Shown piece after piece: positions 1 to 11,487 of a DNA stretch of 64,000 nucleotides. Source of the DNA: an uncultured cyanobacterium (lineage in GTDB: Bacteria; Cyanobacteriota; Cyanobacteriia; Cyanobacteriales; Nostocaceae); NCBI GenBank assembly GCA_963706595.1, contig OY970166.1:3072001-3136000 (forward strand), given 5' to 3'. The position numbers and the translations under genes were made by a program. Within the stretch, counting starts at the first letter, position 1, and each line of letters begins with the position of its first letter. The notes beneath the pieces are model-generated. The model did no database searches. It saw only the letters and a list, made by a program, of their open reading frames with translations, and was not told the DNA's origin.

Positions 1-526
1 TGATATTCTTAATGCTTGGCTTGCAGGCAAAGAAGTTGTGATTAGAAATCCTCAAGCAGTGCGCCCTTGGCAACACGTTTTGGAACCTCTGAATGGTTAC
101 TTAATGTTGGCTGAAAAGCTATTTACTCAGGGTTCAATTTATTGTGGAGGCTGGAATTTTGGTCCGAATGAATCAGGAGTAAAAACTGTAGCTTGGGTAG
201 TTGACCAGCTTCAGCAGTTTTGGGGAGAAGATGCCTATTGGATTCAGGATGATGGAGTTCAACCTCATGAGGCTAATCTTTTAACCTTGGATTGTTCTAA
301 AGCCCGGACTCAAATTAACTGGGAACCAAAATTAGATTTACCAACAGCTTTAGCTTGGATTGTGGATTGGACTAAAGCCTGGCAACAAGACCATGATATG
401 CGGCAAAAAAGCCAATCTCAAATTCAGCAGTTTATGCAACATACAGATTTTCAGCACCGCAAAATTTCTCTGTTAGAAGTTGAAGCCGGGGAAAATATGG
501 CTCAAGTAGCTCAATTGAGACATTAA
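1..526 (+). CDS. rfbG: CDP-glucose 4,6-dehydratase, C-terminal part (5'-truncated by window)
   Basis: Frame open from base 2 (DILNAWLAGKEVVIRNP...); RPWQHVLEPL, WNFGP and PHEA..L.LDCSKA motifs typical of RfbG. Confidence 0.9.
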   Translation, partial: DILNAWLAGKEVVIRNPQAVRPWQHVLEPLNGYLMLAEKLFTQGSIYCGGWNFGPNESGVKTVAWVVDQLQQFWGEDAYWIQDDGVQPHEANLLTLDCSKARTQINWEPKLDLPTALAWIVDWTKAWQQDHDMRQKSQSQIQQFMQHTDFQHRKISLLEVEAGENMAQVAQLRH

Positions 527-563
527 ACAAATCGTTTTATTAAATTCAAAAGTCCAAAATACC

Positions 564-1430
564 ATGTTTACCACTGTTGCACAAAAAATTGTATCCCTGA
601 AATCGGAGTTAACTTATAGGTCATCACGTTGGCAATATCTAAACAAGTTACCTATACTAACAAACAAAGAACGCATAATTGTTGACTCCATTAAACGTGA
701 TGGGATTTATATGACAAATCTCACAGAATTAGGATTAACATCTACCTCATTACTACTGAATTCTGCTTATAGTCTATTACCAAGTATGGAAAGAAAGAAC
801 TACAGTAGTTCTAACAAAAATCCCCCAGAAATTTACATAGTTACGGATTTACCCTCATTTTATGACTGGGGAAAAGAAGAAAAGATTCTGAATGTTATCG
901 AGAATTACATAGGTCTGCCCGTTGCCTATCATGGTGTACATTTACGCAAAGATTTTCCTAATAAAGATCAATTTGAGACATTACTGTGGCATAGAGATAT
1001 AGAAGACCGCCGAGTTCTCAAAGTTATCATCTACTTAAATGATGTAGAAGAAAAACATGGGCCTTTTGAATATGTGCCAATATCTTTTACTTCCAAATCA
1101 CACCCTAATTATTATCGAATTCAAAACAAAATTAAAACATTAGGCGGAATCGATGATCAAACGTTAAATAAAATTGTCCCTAAAGCGGCTTGGAAATCTT
1201 GCCCAGGTCCAGCAGGCACAGTTATTTTTGCTGATACAAGACGAATTTTACATCATGGCACTCTCCGGACTGAAGAACGGTCAACACTATTTTTTGTCTA
1301 TACTGCCAATCCCCCTAAGCGTCCAGAACTTTGCGCTCATTACTGGAATAATCATTATCCTAGACCAAATTTAGAGCAAGAAGTTGATGAAGTGAAGGAT
1401 GAAGCAAAAGTGGAACAATTAACTGTATAA
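564..1430 (+). CDS. 2OG-Fe(II) oxygenase / phytanoyl-CoA dioxygenase-like protein
   Basis: WHRD (HxD), IYLNDV..GPFEY, FADT..LHHG..R facial-triad pattern. Confidence 0.75.
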   Translation: MFTTVAQKIVSLKSELTYRSSRWQYLNKLPILTNKERIIVDSIKRDGIYMTNLTELGLTSTSLLLNSAYSLLPSMERKNYSSSNKNPPEIYIVTDLPSFYDWGKEEKILNVIENYIGLPVAYHGVHLRKDFPNKDQFETLLWHRDIEDRRVLKVIIYLNDVEEKHGPFEYVPISFTSKSHPNYYRIQNKIKTLGGIDDQTLNKIVPKAAWKSCPGPAGTVIFADTRRILHHGTLRTEERSTLFFVYTANPPKRPELCAHYWNNHYPRPNLEQEVDEVKDEAKVEQLTV

Positions 1431-1592
1431 ATACTATTAATGTGGTAGAAGGACAACACCATGTTATATAGTTATTCCCTCATAAAGGCTAAAAAATTTA
1501 CACTCAATACCCGAATAGTATTGTCGCCATATCAGTGTGAATTTAATCAAAAAATCTGGCTCTTTCCCTAAAAAATTATCTTGACACACTCT

Positions 1593-2150
1593 ATGCTATT
1601 TACTAGAACTGCACTCAAAGATGCATTCATTGTAGACGCTGAAAAAAAGCCAGATCATCGGGGATTTTTTGCCCGTGGTTTCTGCGCCCAAGAATTTATC
1701 GCACATGGTTTAAAGCCGACAGTTGCCCAATGCAATATATCTTTTAACCACAAAAAGGGTACAGTGCGGGGAATGCACTATCAAGTTTCCCCGGCTACAG
1801 AAACAAAATTAGTGCGTTGTACTAAAGGGGCTATCTATGACGTAATTATTGATATGCGTCCTGAGTCGCCCACTTTTTTATCACATATTGGTGTGGAATT
1901 AACCGCAGAAAACCACCGGGCTTTGTATGTACCGGAAATGTTTGCTCACGGTTATCAAACCCTCACAGATGAGACTGAGGTTGTCTATCAAGTGGGTGAG
2001 TTTTATACCCCAGGTTATGAACGAGGATTACGTTATAACGATCCATTTTTTAATATTGAATGGCCTTTAAAAGTAACTGAAATTTCTGCGAAAGACTTAA
2101 ATTGGACTTTACTGGAAATGATTCCTGTTGGTAGTGCAGATCCGAGATAA
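1593..2150 (+). CDS. rfbC: dTDP-4-dehydrorhamnose 3,5-epimerase family protein
   Basis: D.RGFF, RGMHYQ, KLVRC..GAIYDV, FAHGYQTL; ATG at 1593 preferred over TTG at 1581. Confidence 0.9.
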   Translation: MLFTRTALKDAFIVDAEKKPDHRGFFARGFCAQEFIAHGLKPTVAQCNISFNHKKGTVRGMHYQVSPATETKLVRCTKGAIYDVIIDMRPESPTFLSHIGVELTAENHRALYVPEMFAHGYQTLTDETEVVYQVGEFYTPGYERGLRYNDPFFNIEWPLKVTEISAKDLNWTLLEMIPVGSADPR

Positions 2151-2219
2151 ATAGTTATCAGTCTATGGACTGTTTTAACGATGACTTTGAGTAAACAATT
2201 AACAATAGGAGTTGAGCTA

Positions 2220-3532
2220 ATGATTATTATTGATCGTGCCTTAGAAGCCCGCGCTGCATCTGGAAATCCGGTGAAAGTGGGGATGATTGGTGCTGGTTTT
2301 ATGGGTCGGGGGATTGCTAATCAAATTATCAATTCAGTTCCGGGAATGGAGTTAGTGGCTATTTTTAGCCGTCAGGTTGATGCTGCTAAACGAGCTTATA
2401 CAGAAGCGGGACTAGAAAATGTTCAAGTTGTGACGAATGTAACTGAATTAGAAGCGGCGATCGCTCAGGATAAATATGCAGTTACCGAAGATGCTTCCTT
2501 ACTCTGCCAAGCTGAAGGAATTGATGCCATCATCGAAGTCACTGGTGCAGTAGAATTTGGCGCTGGGATCGTCATGCAAGCGATCGCCCATGGCAAACAC
2601 GTAATTATGATGAATGCCGAACTAGACGCGACTATCGGCCCCATCCTCAACGTGTACGCTAAAAAAGCTGGAGTCATCCTCAGCGCCTGTGATGGTGATC
2701 AGCCAGGGGTAGAAATGAATCTCTACCGATTTGTGAAAAGTATTGGTCTGACTCCGTTATTGTGCGGTAATATTAAAGGACTTCAAGACCCCTATCGCAA
2801 TCCCACAACTCAAGCCGGATTTGCTCAACGTTGGGGTCAAAAAGCCCAGATGGTGACTAGTTTTGCGGATGGAACCAAAATTTCCTTCGAGCAAGCGATC
2901 GTTGCTAACGCCACAGGAATGAAAGTCGCCCAGCGCGGAATGCTCGGCTACAACTTCACTGGTCATATTGATGAAATGACCAAAATGTACGACGTTGATC
3001 AACTTAAAGAATTGGGTGGCATCGTTGATTATGTCGTTGGAGCTAAACCCAGCCCTGGTGTGTTTGTATTTGCCAGTCACGACGACCCCAAACAACGCCA
3101 TTATCTCGATTTGTACAAGTTAGGTGAAGGTCCTTTATATAGCTTCTACACTCCTTATCACCTCTGTCATTTTGAAGTCCCATTATCTGTAGCCCGCGCT
3201 GTCTTGTTTCAAGATGCTGTCTTATCGCCACTAGCAGGCCCCTGGTCGATGTAATTACCACTGCCAAAATTAATCTCCAAGCCGGCGAAACCCTAGATGG
3301 TATTGGCTATTATATGACCTACGGTCAATGTGAAAATTCTGCCATTGTTCAAGAGCAGAAACTACTACCAATCGGGTTAGCCGAAGGATGTCGCCTCAAA
3401 CGAGATATTCCCCAAGATCAAGTCCTCACTTACGATGATGTCGAGTTGCCTGAAGGCAGACTTTGCGACCAACTACGCGCTGAACAAAACGCTTATTTTG
3501 CATCAGAAAAAGTTCTAGCAACCATTGGATAA
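2220..3532 (+). CDS. NAD(P)-dependent oxidoreductase with C-terminal SAF domain (apparent 1-nt deletion near 3240)
   Basis: GAGFMG Rossmann motif; adding one base at GGCCCC joins ORF 2181-3254 to ...GPLVDVITTAK...LDGIGYYMTYG... ending at 3532 (about 437 aa). Confidence 0.8.
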
Positions 3533-3548
3533 AATCAGTATTTTCCGA

Positions 3549-3696
3549 AGAGGCAGAGGAGAAGAGGAGAAGAGGAACGGGGGCAGGGAGCAGGGGGCAG
3601 GGGAGAAGAATGGTTGTTAAGTAACCGGAAGTTTAAAATAATTTCTTACTCCCCCTTGCTCCCTGCTCCCCTGCCTCTTAACTCCCCTGCCTCTTT
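3549..3696. repeat. Purine-rich/pyrimidine-rich inverted repeat element (GGGGCAG / CTGCTCC units)
   Basis: GGGGCAGGGAGCAGGGGGCAGGGGAG facing CTCCCCCTTGCTCCCTGCTCCCCTGCC; the core GTAACCGGAAGTTTAAAATAATTTC recurs inverted near 48522-48547. Confidence 0.7.
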
Positions 3697-3831
3697 TGAC
3701 CCTTAGTTAAGGCATGATCCCCTCAAGCTCCTTCATTAGTGGTTTGAGGGTATCTGCAACAGATATAGCAACCGCCAAGGAGATTAAGACATAAACGGAT
3801 AATCAAAACTTAGACACCAAAAAGGTTTTAA

Positions 3832-3900
3832 CCCACTCCCCACTCCCCACTCCCTACTCCCTACTCCCCACTCCCCACTCCCCACTCCCCACTCCCCACT
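3832..3900. repeat. STRR heptamer array (CCCCACT)n
   Basis: About 9-10 tandem CCC(C/T)ACT units, typical of heterocystous cyanobacteria. Confidence 0.9.
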
Positions 3901-4281
3901 TCCCAGCAAACTGGAGAAATAAAAGTTTATAGTCAAGACTTTAGTCCTAGCAACCTTGAGAATGAGCGCTAAAGGACTCACTAAAAACACATTTTTATCA
4001 GAAATCTTTGCAGCGGACAGTTCTTAATAAATGCTGACATCTTGCACCAATAAAAATTTGATGTTATTCAATCACCTAGTATTCAAACCAAACCCCTGGA
4101 TTTAGTGATAAAATACGAGATTAACAAAGAAAATCATCGCGGATATTTTTATGTTGTCTGGGTTTTTACGTAGAAGTGCAAGAGATGACAATGGGCATTT
4201 ATAATCCTCAACACTCCAGTTGTTAAGAGCAACTTGCTGTCAAGTTTTCCCACAAACTTCAGAAGAAAATTAGATAACACT

Positions 4282-5370
4282 ATGAAAATTGCTCTAGTTC
4301 ATGATTACTTAACCCAGCGCGGTGGAGCAGAGCGCGTATTTGAATTACTTTGTAAGCGTTATCCTCAAGCGGATGTTTTTACCTCTTTGTACAATCCGCA
4401 AAAAACCATTGATATGGGTGAGCGGATAGTCAAAACTACTTTTTTACAAAAAATTCCCGGCGCAGTCAAGTATTTTAGATTGATGGCTCCTTTGTACTTT
4501 CCTGCCTTTCGGGCGTTGGATTTACAAGATTACGATTTGATTATTAGTAGTAGTACTAGCTTTGCCAAAGCAGTCCGCAAACGTCCAGATGCCAAACATA
4601 TTTGTTTTTGCCATAATGTGACTCGTTTCTTGTGGGATACAGAAACTTATTTAAGGGAGTATGGGGACTATCGATATTTTGCGCCGTTAATTGAACAAGT
4701 ATTTCAATTAATGAGAAATGTAGACCTGAAATATGCTCAAGAACCTGACCTTTATATTGCCAACTCTAGCGTAGTTGCCCGTCGCATTCAAAAAATTTAC
4801 AACAAACAAGCAATTGCCATTAATTATCCAATCGATACAAATAATTTTCTGTTTTCAGATATAAAAGATGAATACTATCTAGCCTCGGCGCGGATGATCA
4901 GCTATAAGCGACTAGATATAATCATTGAGGCTTTTAATTGGTTAGGTTGGCAATTATTAATCTCAGGTGATGGGCCAGAACAAGAACGTCTCAAAGCTAA
5001 AGCCTTAGATAATATTAAGTTTTTAGGACACGTCAGTGATGCTCAACGCAAAGAATTATTTTCTAAAGCCAAGTTTGTCATAGTTGCCGCTTTAGAAGAC
5101 TATGGATTAGTTCCCGTCGAGGCCAATGCTAGTGGTACTCCAGTTATTGCCTATGGAGCCGGGGGAGTATTAGATACACAAATACACGGTAAAACCGGAG
5201 TATTTTTTAAAAGACAAACGCCCGAATCCATCCAAGCTGCGTTGCTAGAGTCCGGAGGAATCATTTGGAATTATGAAAATATTCGTAATCATGCAGTGAA
5301 CAATTTTTCAGAACCCGTGTTTTTTCGCAAGGTTGAGCAACTTATTGCCCAAACTTGTAATATCAATTAG
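4282..5370 (+). CDS. Glycosyltransferase family 4
   Basis: MKIALVHDYLTQRGGAERV start; EDYGLVPVEANASGTPVIA GT-B motif. Confidence 0.9.
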   Translation: MKIALVHDYLTQRGGAERVFELLCKRYPQADVFTSLYNPQKTIDMGERIVKTTFLQKIPGAVKYFRLMAPLYFPAFRALDLQDYDLIISSSTSFAKAVRKRPDAKHICFCHNVTRFLWDTETYLREYGDYRYFAPLIEQVFQLMRNVDLKYAQEPDLYIANSSVVARRIQKIYNKQAIAINYPIDTNNFLFSDIKDEYYLASARMISYKRLDIIIEAFNWLGWQLLISGDGPEQERLKAKALDNIKFLGHVSDAQRKELFSKAKFVIVAALEDYGLVPVEANASGTPVIAYGAGGVLDTQIHGKTGVFFKRQTPESIQAALLESGGIIWNYENIRNHAVNNFSEPVFFRKVEQLIAQTCNIN

Positions 5371-5612
5371 CTATTTGTGCAGTTTTTATGTCAATTATAA
5401 AAGAGAGGTGACATTTATAGACCTGAAACAAAGATGAAGTTGAATTTGCTCCCTTTGGAATTAGAATGACGTAAAGTCTATGGCTACGGCACTCTAATCA
5501 TTGGCATAGCCGCGCCCAAAGCGTAGTTCCAGGGCAATTACGAATTGATATTAACTCTATCCCTCCGGGGAAGTAAGCTACGCGTAGCGTCTCTCAGATA
5601 AGGATAATAAAC

Positions 5613-7857
5613 ATGAATCAAGCTAGTCTTAGTCCCGGTATAAATCAGGTTAATAACTCTAATACAGAACCAAGTTATGGACAGCTGTTTAAAATATTTA
5701 TTCGCAGATTGCCTTGGTTTTTAGCAGTATTCATTACTTCAATCGCAATGGCAGCTGTAGTAACTGCTAGAACAAAACCTACCTATAAAAGCTCAATGCA
5801 GACTGCTTGTCGAACCTAATTATCAAGGTAGGCAAGAAGGCGCTGGGGCAGACAGTCCATTTATCGAGCCTAATATTCAGATAGATACAGCAACTCAGCT
5901 GAATCTCATGCAAAGTTCAGGACTCATCCAACAGGCAGTTGACAAACTGAAATCTGATTATCCTGATATCACTGTCAACGAAATTAAAGCCTCTTTAGTT
6001 CTGACTCAACTCAGAAGTGCAGAAGATAATCTGGCAACAAAAATTTTCCAAGTAGACTATACTGCCCAAGATCCAGCCAAAACACAAAATGTTCTGGCGA
6101 CAATTCAGCAAGTTTATGTGGAATATAACAAACAACAACAGGATTCGCGGTTACAAAAAGGTTTACAAGTGATTCGGGAACAGTTGAGTAAAGCCAGCGA
6201 GGAAGTGAATGCCTCGGAAACTAATCTTCAACGATTTCGCAGAAACCAAAATTTAATCAATCCTGAGTCACAAGCTAAAGCTTTAGAAGACTCTTTAAAC
6301 ACTATTGAACAAGAACGCCGTGTTACCCGTTCTGAGTATCAAGAGGCTATAGCACGGCAACAATCTTTGCAAGAACAACTCAAGCGTTCTCCACAAAACG
6401 CTCTGGTGGCTTCTCGTCTGAGTCAGTCTACTCGCTACCAAGGATTACTCAACGAAATTCAAAAAACTGAACTAGCACTAGCTCAAGAACGTTTGCGCTT
6501 TACGGATGAGACTCCTGGCGTGAAACAAATGCAAGAACAACTGGAAAGCCAGAAGAGATTATTGCAACAAGAGGTGGGCAGAGCTTTAGGCGTACAGTCT
6601 AATGGTGTAATTTCCTCCCAAGCACCTCTTTTGGAACAAGGACAATTTGGTGAAATTGACCTCAACCTGGCTAGTCAGTTAGTGGAGACGCAAACAACTA
6701 TAGTTGCTTTAAGCGCCCGCGATCAAACTTTGGCGGAGAAAGAAAATCAATTGCGTTTTGAAATTAAACGCTTTCCGCCTTTGTTGGCTTATTACAATCG
6801 CATTATGCCACAGCTACAATTTAGCCGTGAAAGATTAGAGGAGCTATTGCGAGCCGAGCAGAAATTGCGCCAAGAATTGGCCAAGGGTGGGTTTAATTGG
6901 GAAGTTGTGGAAAAACCGCAATTAGGGATGCACTTAGGCCCAATCTCCAGCAAAATCTCTTGTTGGGTGGAGTTGTGGGGTTGATGTTGGGAGGTATTGC
7001 AGCTTTTATTCGCGAAGCATCTGATGATGCTGTGCATACAACTGCTGAATTGGAAAAGCAGGTTCCTTTACCGTTGTTGGGAACTACTCCCAAACTGCCA
7101 ACTACCAAAAACCGAGAATCAATCATCAAGTTGCCTTTTGGTAAACCAGAAGTTCTGGCTCCTTGGACAATTCAGGTGTTGCAATCACCACCACGTTGGG
7201 AATCGCTGGATTTGATTTTCAAAAATATTGAACTTTTAAATTCTGTTCCTAATTTGAAGTCTCTGATGATTACCTCGGCTTTGCGAGATGAGAGTAAGTC
7301 CGCTTTGGCGTTGGGTTTGGCAATGAGTGCGGCTCGTTTACACAAACGGGTACTATTGATTGATGCCAACTTACGAGAGCCTAGTCTCCACCAACAGACT
7401 CAATCTTCCCAATGAGCAAGGGTTATCGACTCTCTTGGCTAGTGATGTCACTATCCCCGACCAAATTGGTGTTCAATCTTTAGGTTCAGCTTATATTGAT
7501 ATTTTGACGGCTGGACCGATACCTGTTGACCCAGCACATCTTTTGAGTTCACCACGCATGATTCAATTGATGAATGCATTTGAGGCTAATTATGATTTGG
7601 TACTCATAGATGCGCCGCCAGTTCTCGGTTTGGTGGATGCCATGCTGACAGCTTCATCTTGTCGGAGTGTGGTGCTGGCGGCCAGTATGAGTAAGGTAAC
7701 TCGCAGCCAATTAGCCCAAGCTACAGCGATGTTGAGCAAATTAAATCTGATTGGGGTTGTGGCTAATGGTGTCTCCAACTCTGGTAGTACTTATGTAAAA
7801 TATCCCCAACCGTCTGAGTCGTCTCAATTGGCGCTGCAACAAGTGATAGAAAAATAA
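5613..7857 (+). CDS. wzc: Wzc/GumC-like polysaccharide co-polymerase (three apparent 1-nt frameshifts at about 5802, 6940 and 7398)
   Basis: N-terminal TM, coiled coil, second TM, then degenerate Walker A (SALRDESKS), LLIDAN and VLIDAPP; correcting three indels gives one ORF of about 747 aa. Confidence 0.8.
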
Positions 7858-7963
7858 AGCCTATTTTGGAGAGAAGGGAGAGACGCGATTGATTGCGTTC
7901 AAGGGAATAGAAAGTTTCTATTTGGATCTGTGTGCAAATTTACTAATTTAAAGGTTTTATATG

Positions 7964-8010
7964 ATGTGCGATCGCACCGTTTGGTATGCGATCGCACATA
8001 TCTTTTTTTT
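7964..8010 (+). terminator. Intrinsic terminator-like hairpin built from two HIP1 sites
   Basis: ATGTGCGATCGCA...TGCGATCGCACAT stem followed by T8, downstream of wzc. Confidence 0.55.
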
Positions 8011-8619
8011 GAGCCTTTGCTGCAAATTAGCAGCCGCGATCGCGCTGATTTTTGGGAAATTTCCAATTTTGATGGGATTACTAATACTTCCAACTAAGTA
8101 TATTTATAGCATCTTTATAATTAACTAGAAAAATCACTGCCTGTTTAAAGACTAAATAAAGAATCAATCCCAGCACATAGTCTTTCTACAAAGTCTTATA
8201 TCCTAGATATTAACGCTCCTGCTAAACAGCTAAAAGACAAAGGTAAACTGGTTTTGTGAGCTTGAGTAAAAAATAAGTAGTCGCAACTAAACGTAAATAT
8301 GAAGTTGTGGGGTACTTGAGGAACGGGGGAATTTCCCTCTACACTTCCCCATCGTCCGTAATTATCAGAGAGAAACCCGCGTTTCCCAATTAACTTTTCC
8401 CCTGTGTTTACTGCTACTTATTTAATTAGTTTCTCCATCTTCACACCAGCAGAATTTCCCAAGATGTGGACTCGTCTGAAGTGCAAGTTAAAAGAGCATA
8501 TTTCTGCACGCAATTACTAACATATTTTTGGAGCAAAACAAAATTCTGTTCGGAGTCTTTGGCATTAATAGCCTGCAATACTAACTCAGCCATTCACGAT
8601 TTTATAGATCCAAAGATAT

Positions 8620-9363
8620 ATGACAAGTTCATTAATTCCTGCTCTTCAAAACTCTTCTGTCGAAACCCAGCACCACCAAAATAATCAATTTTCATACTGT
8701 ACGCTCCAATGGCGGCGGGGTCAATTATTGGTCAAATCTCCCGGACTCACTAAACAGCTTCATCTACCTGCTTTGCATGACGAGCAATTCTTAGTAAATT
8801 GCTTAAAAAAAACGCCAGTAAATTTGGTCAGTATAGACCCAAATATTGGGGAAGATTATCTAAAACTTTGGGTTGAAGCCTGTGAGCAAGCTGGTAAGCC
8901 CATATTTCTCCGCCTACCCTCCAGCAATAAACCGGTTAAACAAGGTAACTGGTGGCAAAAAGTAATTGATGGGATTGTCGCTTTCTTCTTACTAATACTG
9001 ATGAGTCCAGTTATGCTGGCATTATTTGTGATGTTACAGCTTGACTCACCAGGATCAGTTTTTAGCAGTGAGTGGCAGGTTGGAGAACGAGGTAAAGTCT
9101 TTCGGGCGATCAAGTTTTGTACAACCGCTAATTTGAATATGACACCTCTAGGTCGTTTGATGCGTAAATACGATTTAGATTATCTACCGCAGTTGTGGAA
9201 TGTGCTACGCGGTGAAATGACTTTGATGGGATCTCGTAGTTGCACTTTAGAAAATGCGGTGCGGCTAACTTTGGCGGGACAACAGCAAATCAAGCAAGTA
9301 TCCGAAATGACGGGTACATGGGAAGAATCTAATCTGCTACATTTGGATAGCCAAACACTATAG
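8620..9363 (+). CDS. hepC: Heterocyst envelope polysaccharide sugar transferase HepC
   Basis: CTLQWRRGQLLV N-domain, TM segment and degenerate bacterial sugar transferase domain (LPQLWNVLRGEMTLMG); directly upstream of hepA. Confidence 0.85.
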   Translation: MTSSLIPALQNSSVETQHHQNNQFSYCTLQWRRGQLLVKSPGLTKQLHLPALHDEQFLVNCLKKTPVNLVSIDPNIGEDYLKLWVEACEQAGKPIFLRLPSSNKPVKQGNWWQKVIDGIVAFFLLILMSPVMLALFVMLQLDSPGSVFSSEWQVGERGKVFRAIKFCTTANLNMTPLGRLMRKYDLDYLPQLWNVLRGEMTLMGSRSCTLENAVRLTLAGQQQIKQVSEMTGTWEESNLLHLDSQTL

Positions 9364-9528
9364 TTTTCTGGTGAACTAAACACATTTAGTTACTCAAGTG
9401 CGTTAAGCAAAGTGCGATAACGCACCCTAAATCAAAGAGCAGCAATTTTTTGTCTTCTCTAAAAAGAAAAGGTTTTTTAGCATCTATATAACTTATTTAA
9501 GTGTTCACATTTTTGTTCCCAAACACTC

Positions 9529-11379
9529 ATGTATATTAAAGCTTCTCAAATACTAGGCGATCGCTTCAAACAAACGAAGTTTTGGCAAAGCAATTATTTA
9601 ATAATCCGAGAATTTAAAAGTTTTCGCAAAGTTGCTATTTTCGCTTTATTCTTTTCATTCTTAGCCGCAACCTTTGAAGGTGTTAGTATTGGTTTTTTGC
9701 TGTCATTTCTGCAAAATTTGACTACTCCAGATGCAGAACCAATTCAAACTGGAATTGCTTGGTTTGATACCTGGATTTTAGCATCTCAGGCATCGGCAAT
9801 TAATCGACTATATCGCATCTCTTTACTAATTTTATTCAGTACATGGATACGTGCTGGTTTCAATTATCTATCACACGTCTATATAGAAATATCTCAACTA
9901 TTTCTAGCTGACCGCTTGCGAAAACAAATTTTTGAGCAGTTGCAAGGATTGCCGTTAAGTTACTTTGCTAAAACTCGCTCTGGTGAACTGATTAATACTA
10001 TCACCACTGAAATTGAAAGAATGAAACAGTGGTTTAGTGGCGCAGCCTTTTTGACAACTCGAGGGATTACGGCTTTTGTCTACTTTATCTCGATGTGTTT
10101 ATTATCGTGGCAACTGACTATTATTTCGTTTTTCTTATTTACCTTGGTAGGAGTCGGATTATCAACACTCAATGCTCGCGCCAGAGAAACGAGTTTTAGT
10201 ACTTCCATCGCTAATGGAAACTTTACTTCAATCGCAATAGAATTTATTAATGCCATTCGTACAGTTCAGGCATTTTCTACTCAAGAGTTTGAGCGCCAAC
10301 GTTTCTATCAAGCCAGCAATAATGTAGTTACCACTTCCACTAAAGTTGTATTAACTTGGGCGCTGGTGAGACCTTTAGCTGAAGCTATAGCTAGTACGAT
10401 TCTCATTGGGATGATTATTTTTGCCTTTACTGTGTTTGTTGTCAATGGAACTCTACAAGTTGCTTCTTTACTGACGTTCTTCTTTGTGCTGTTCCGGGTT
10501 GTGCCAATTGTGCAAGATATTAATGGCACTAGAGCGCATCTCAGCACACTGGCAGGAGCGGCAGATAATATTAAGGAGTTGATTAGGATTGACAATAAAA
10601 CTTATTTGCAAAATGGCTATATCAAGTTTAATGGGTTGCAACATTCTATTGATATAGTCTCTGCTGACTTTGGTTATGATGCTAATAGTTTAGTGCTAAA
10701 TAATATTACTCTGAGCATTGAGAAGGGTAAAACTACAGCTTTAGTGGGTGGAACTGGTGCTGGTAAAAGTACATTAATTGATTTAATTCCCCGATTTTAT
10801 GATCCCACAGAAGGAGATGTACTGATTGATGGCATGAATATCCGTCAATTTGACATTAGCTCTTTAAGACAGAAAATTGCTGTTGTCAGTCAGGATACAT
10901 TTATTTTCAATACTACTGTGGGGAATAATATTTCCTACGGTACAGAAGGGGCGACTGAAGCTGAAATTCGTGAAGTTGCTCGATTAGCAAATGCACTGGA
11001 ATTTATTGATGAAATGCCTGAAGGTTTGAATACTCAATTGGGAGATCGGGGTGTGCGGTTATCGGGAGGACAACGCCAGCGAATTGCGATCGCTCGCGCT
11101 TTGCTGCGTGATCCACAAATTCTGATTTTGGACGAAGCCACTAGCGCTCTAGATTCCATGACTGAGCGTTTGATTCAAGAATCTATTGAAAAGTTATCTG
11201 TAGGTAGAACAGTGATTGCGATCGCTCACCGTCTTTCCACCATCGCCCAAGCCGATAAAGTTGTGGTATTAGAACAAGGACGGATCATTGAGCAAGGTAA
11301 TTATCAAGAATTACTAGAACTCAAAGGCAAATTATGGGAATACCATAAAACTCAATATCAAATAGGTCAAATTGGATAA
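9529..11379 (+). CDS. hepA: Heterocyst ABC transporter HepA
   Basis: TMD plus NBD (GGTGAGKS, LSGGQRQR, ILDEATS); HEP-island context. Confidence 0.88.
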   Translation: MYIKASQILGDRFKQTKFWQSNYLIIREFKSFRKVAIFALFFSFLAATFEGVSIGFLLSFLQNLTTPDAEPIQTGIAWFDTWILASQASAINRLYRISLLILFSTWIRAGFNYLSHVYIEISQLFLADRLRKQIFEQLQGLPLSYFAKTRSGELINTITTEIERMKQWFSGAAFLTTRGITAFVYFISMCLLSWQLTIISFFLFTLVGVGLSTLNARARETSFSTSIANGNFTSIAIEFINAIRTVQAFSTQEFERQRFYQASNNVVTTSTKVVLTWALVRPLAEAIASTILIGMIIFAFTVFVVNGTLQVASLLTFFFVLFRVVPIVQDINGTRAHLSTLAGAADNIKELIRIDNKTYLQNGYIKFNGLQHSIDIVSADFGYDANSLVLNNITLSIEKGKTTALVGGTGAGKSTLIDLIPRFYDPTEGDVLIDGMNIRQFDISSLRQKIAVVSQDTFIFNTTVGNNISYGTEGATEAEIREVARLANALEFIDEMPEGLNTQLGDRGVRLSGGQRQRIAIARALLRDPQILILDEATSALDSMTERLIQESIEKLSVGRTVIAIAHRLSTIAQADKVVVLEQGRIIEQGNYQELLELKGKLWEYHKTQYQIGQIG

Positions 11380-11487
11380 ATTATGCAAATTAATTTCTGT
11401 AATATTATCTAAATTAACCGGATTCAAGGGACGCTAGTTTGCAAATTTAATTGAGAGCAAAATTAGGATTTTCACGAGGTCAAATAA

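Noticed and set aside
2465..3267. Antisense and nested ORFs here and across the window
   Set aside because: Shadow frames of well-supported genes
5251..5256. TCCGGA DIF1 heterocyst promoter motif (also near 1264)
   Set aside because: Inside coding sequence and lacking a convincing matching -10 element
5613..7857. wzc as a true pseudogene or four separate genes
   Set aside because: Three single-base indels in motif contexts shared with other genes, no in-frame stops otherwise; more likely sequencing error
8327..8337. GGG-N5-CCC HetR-like site upstream of hepC
   Set aside because: Motif too short to support from sequence alone
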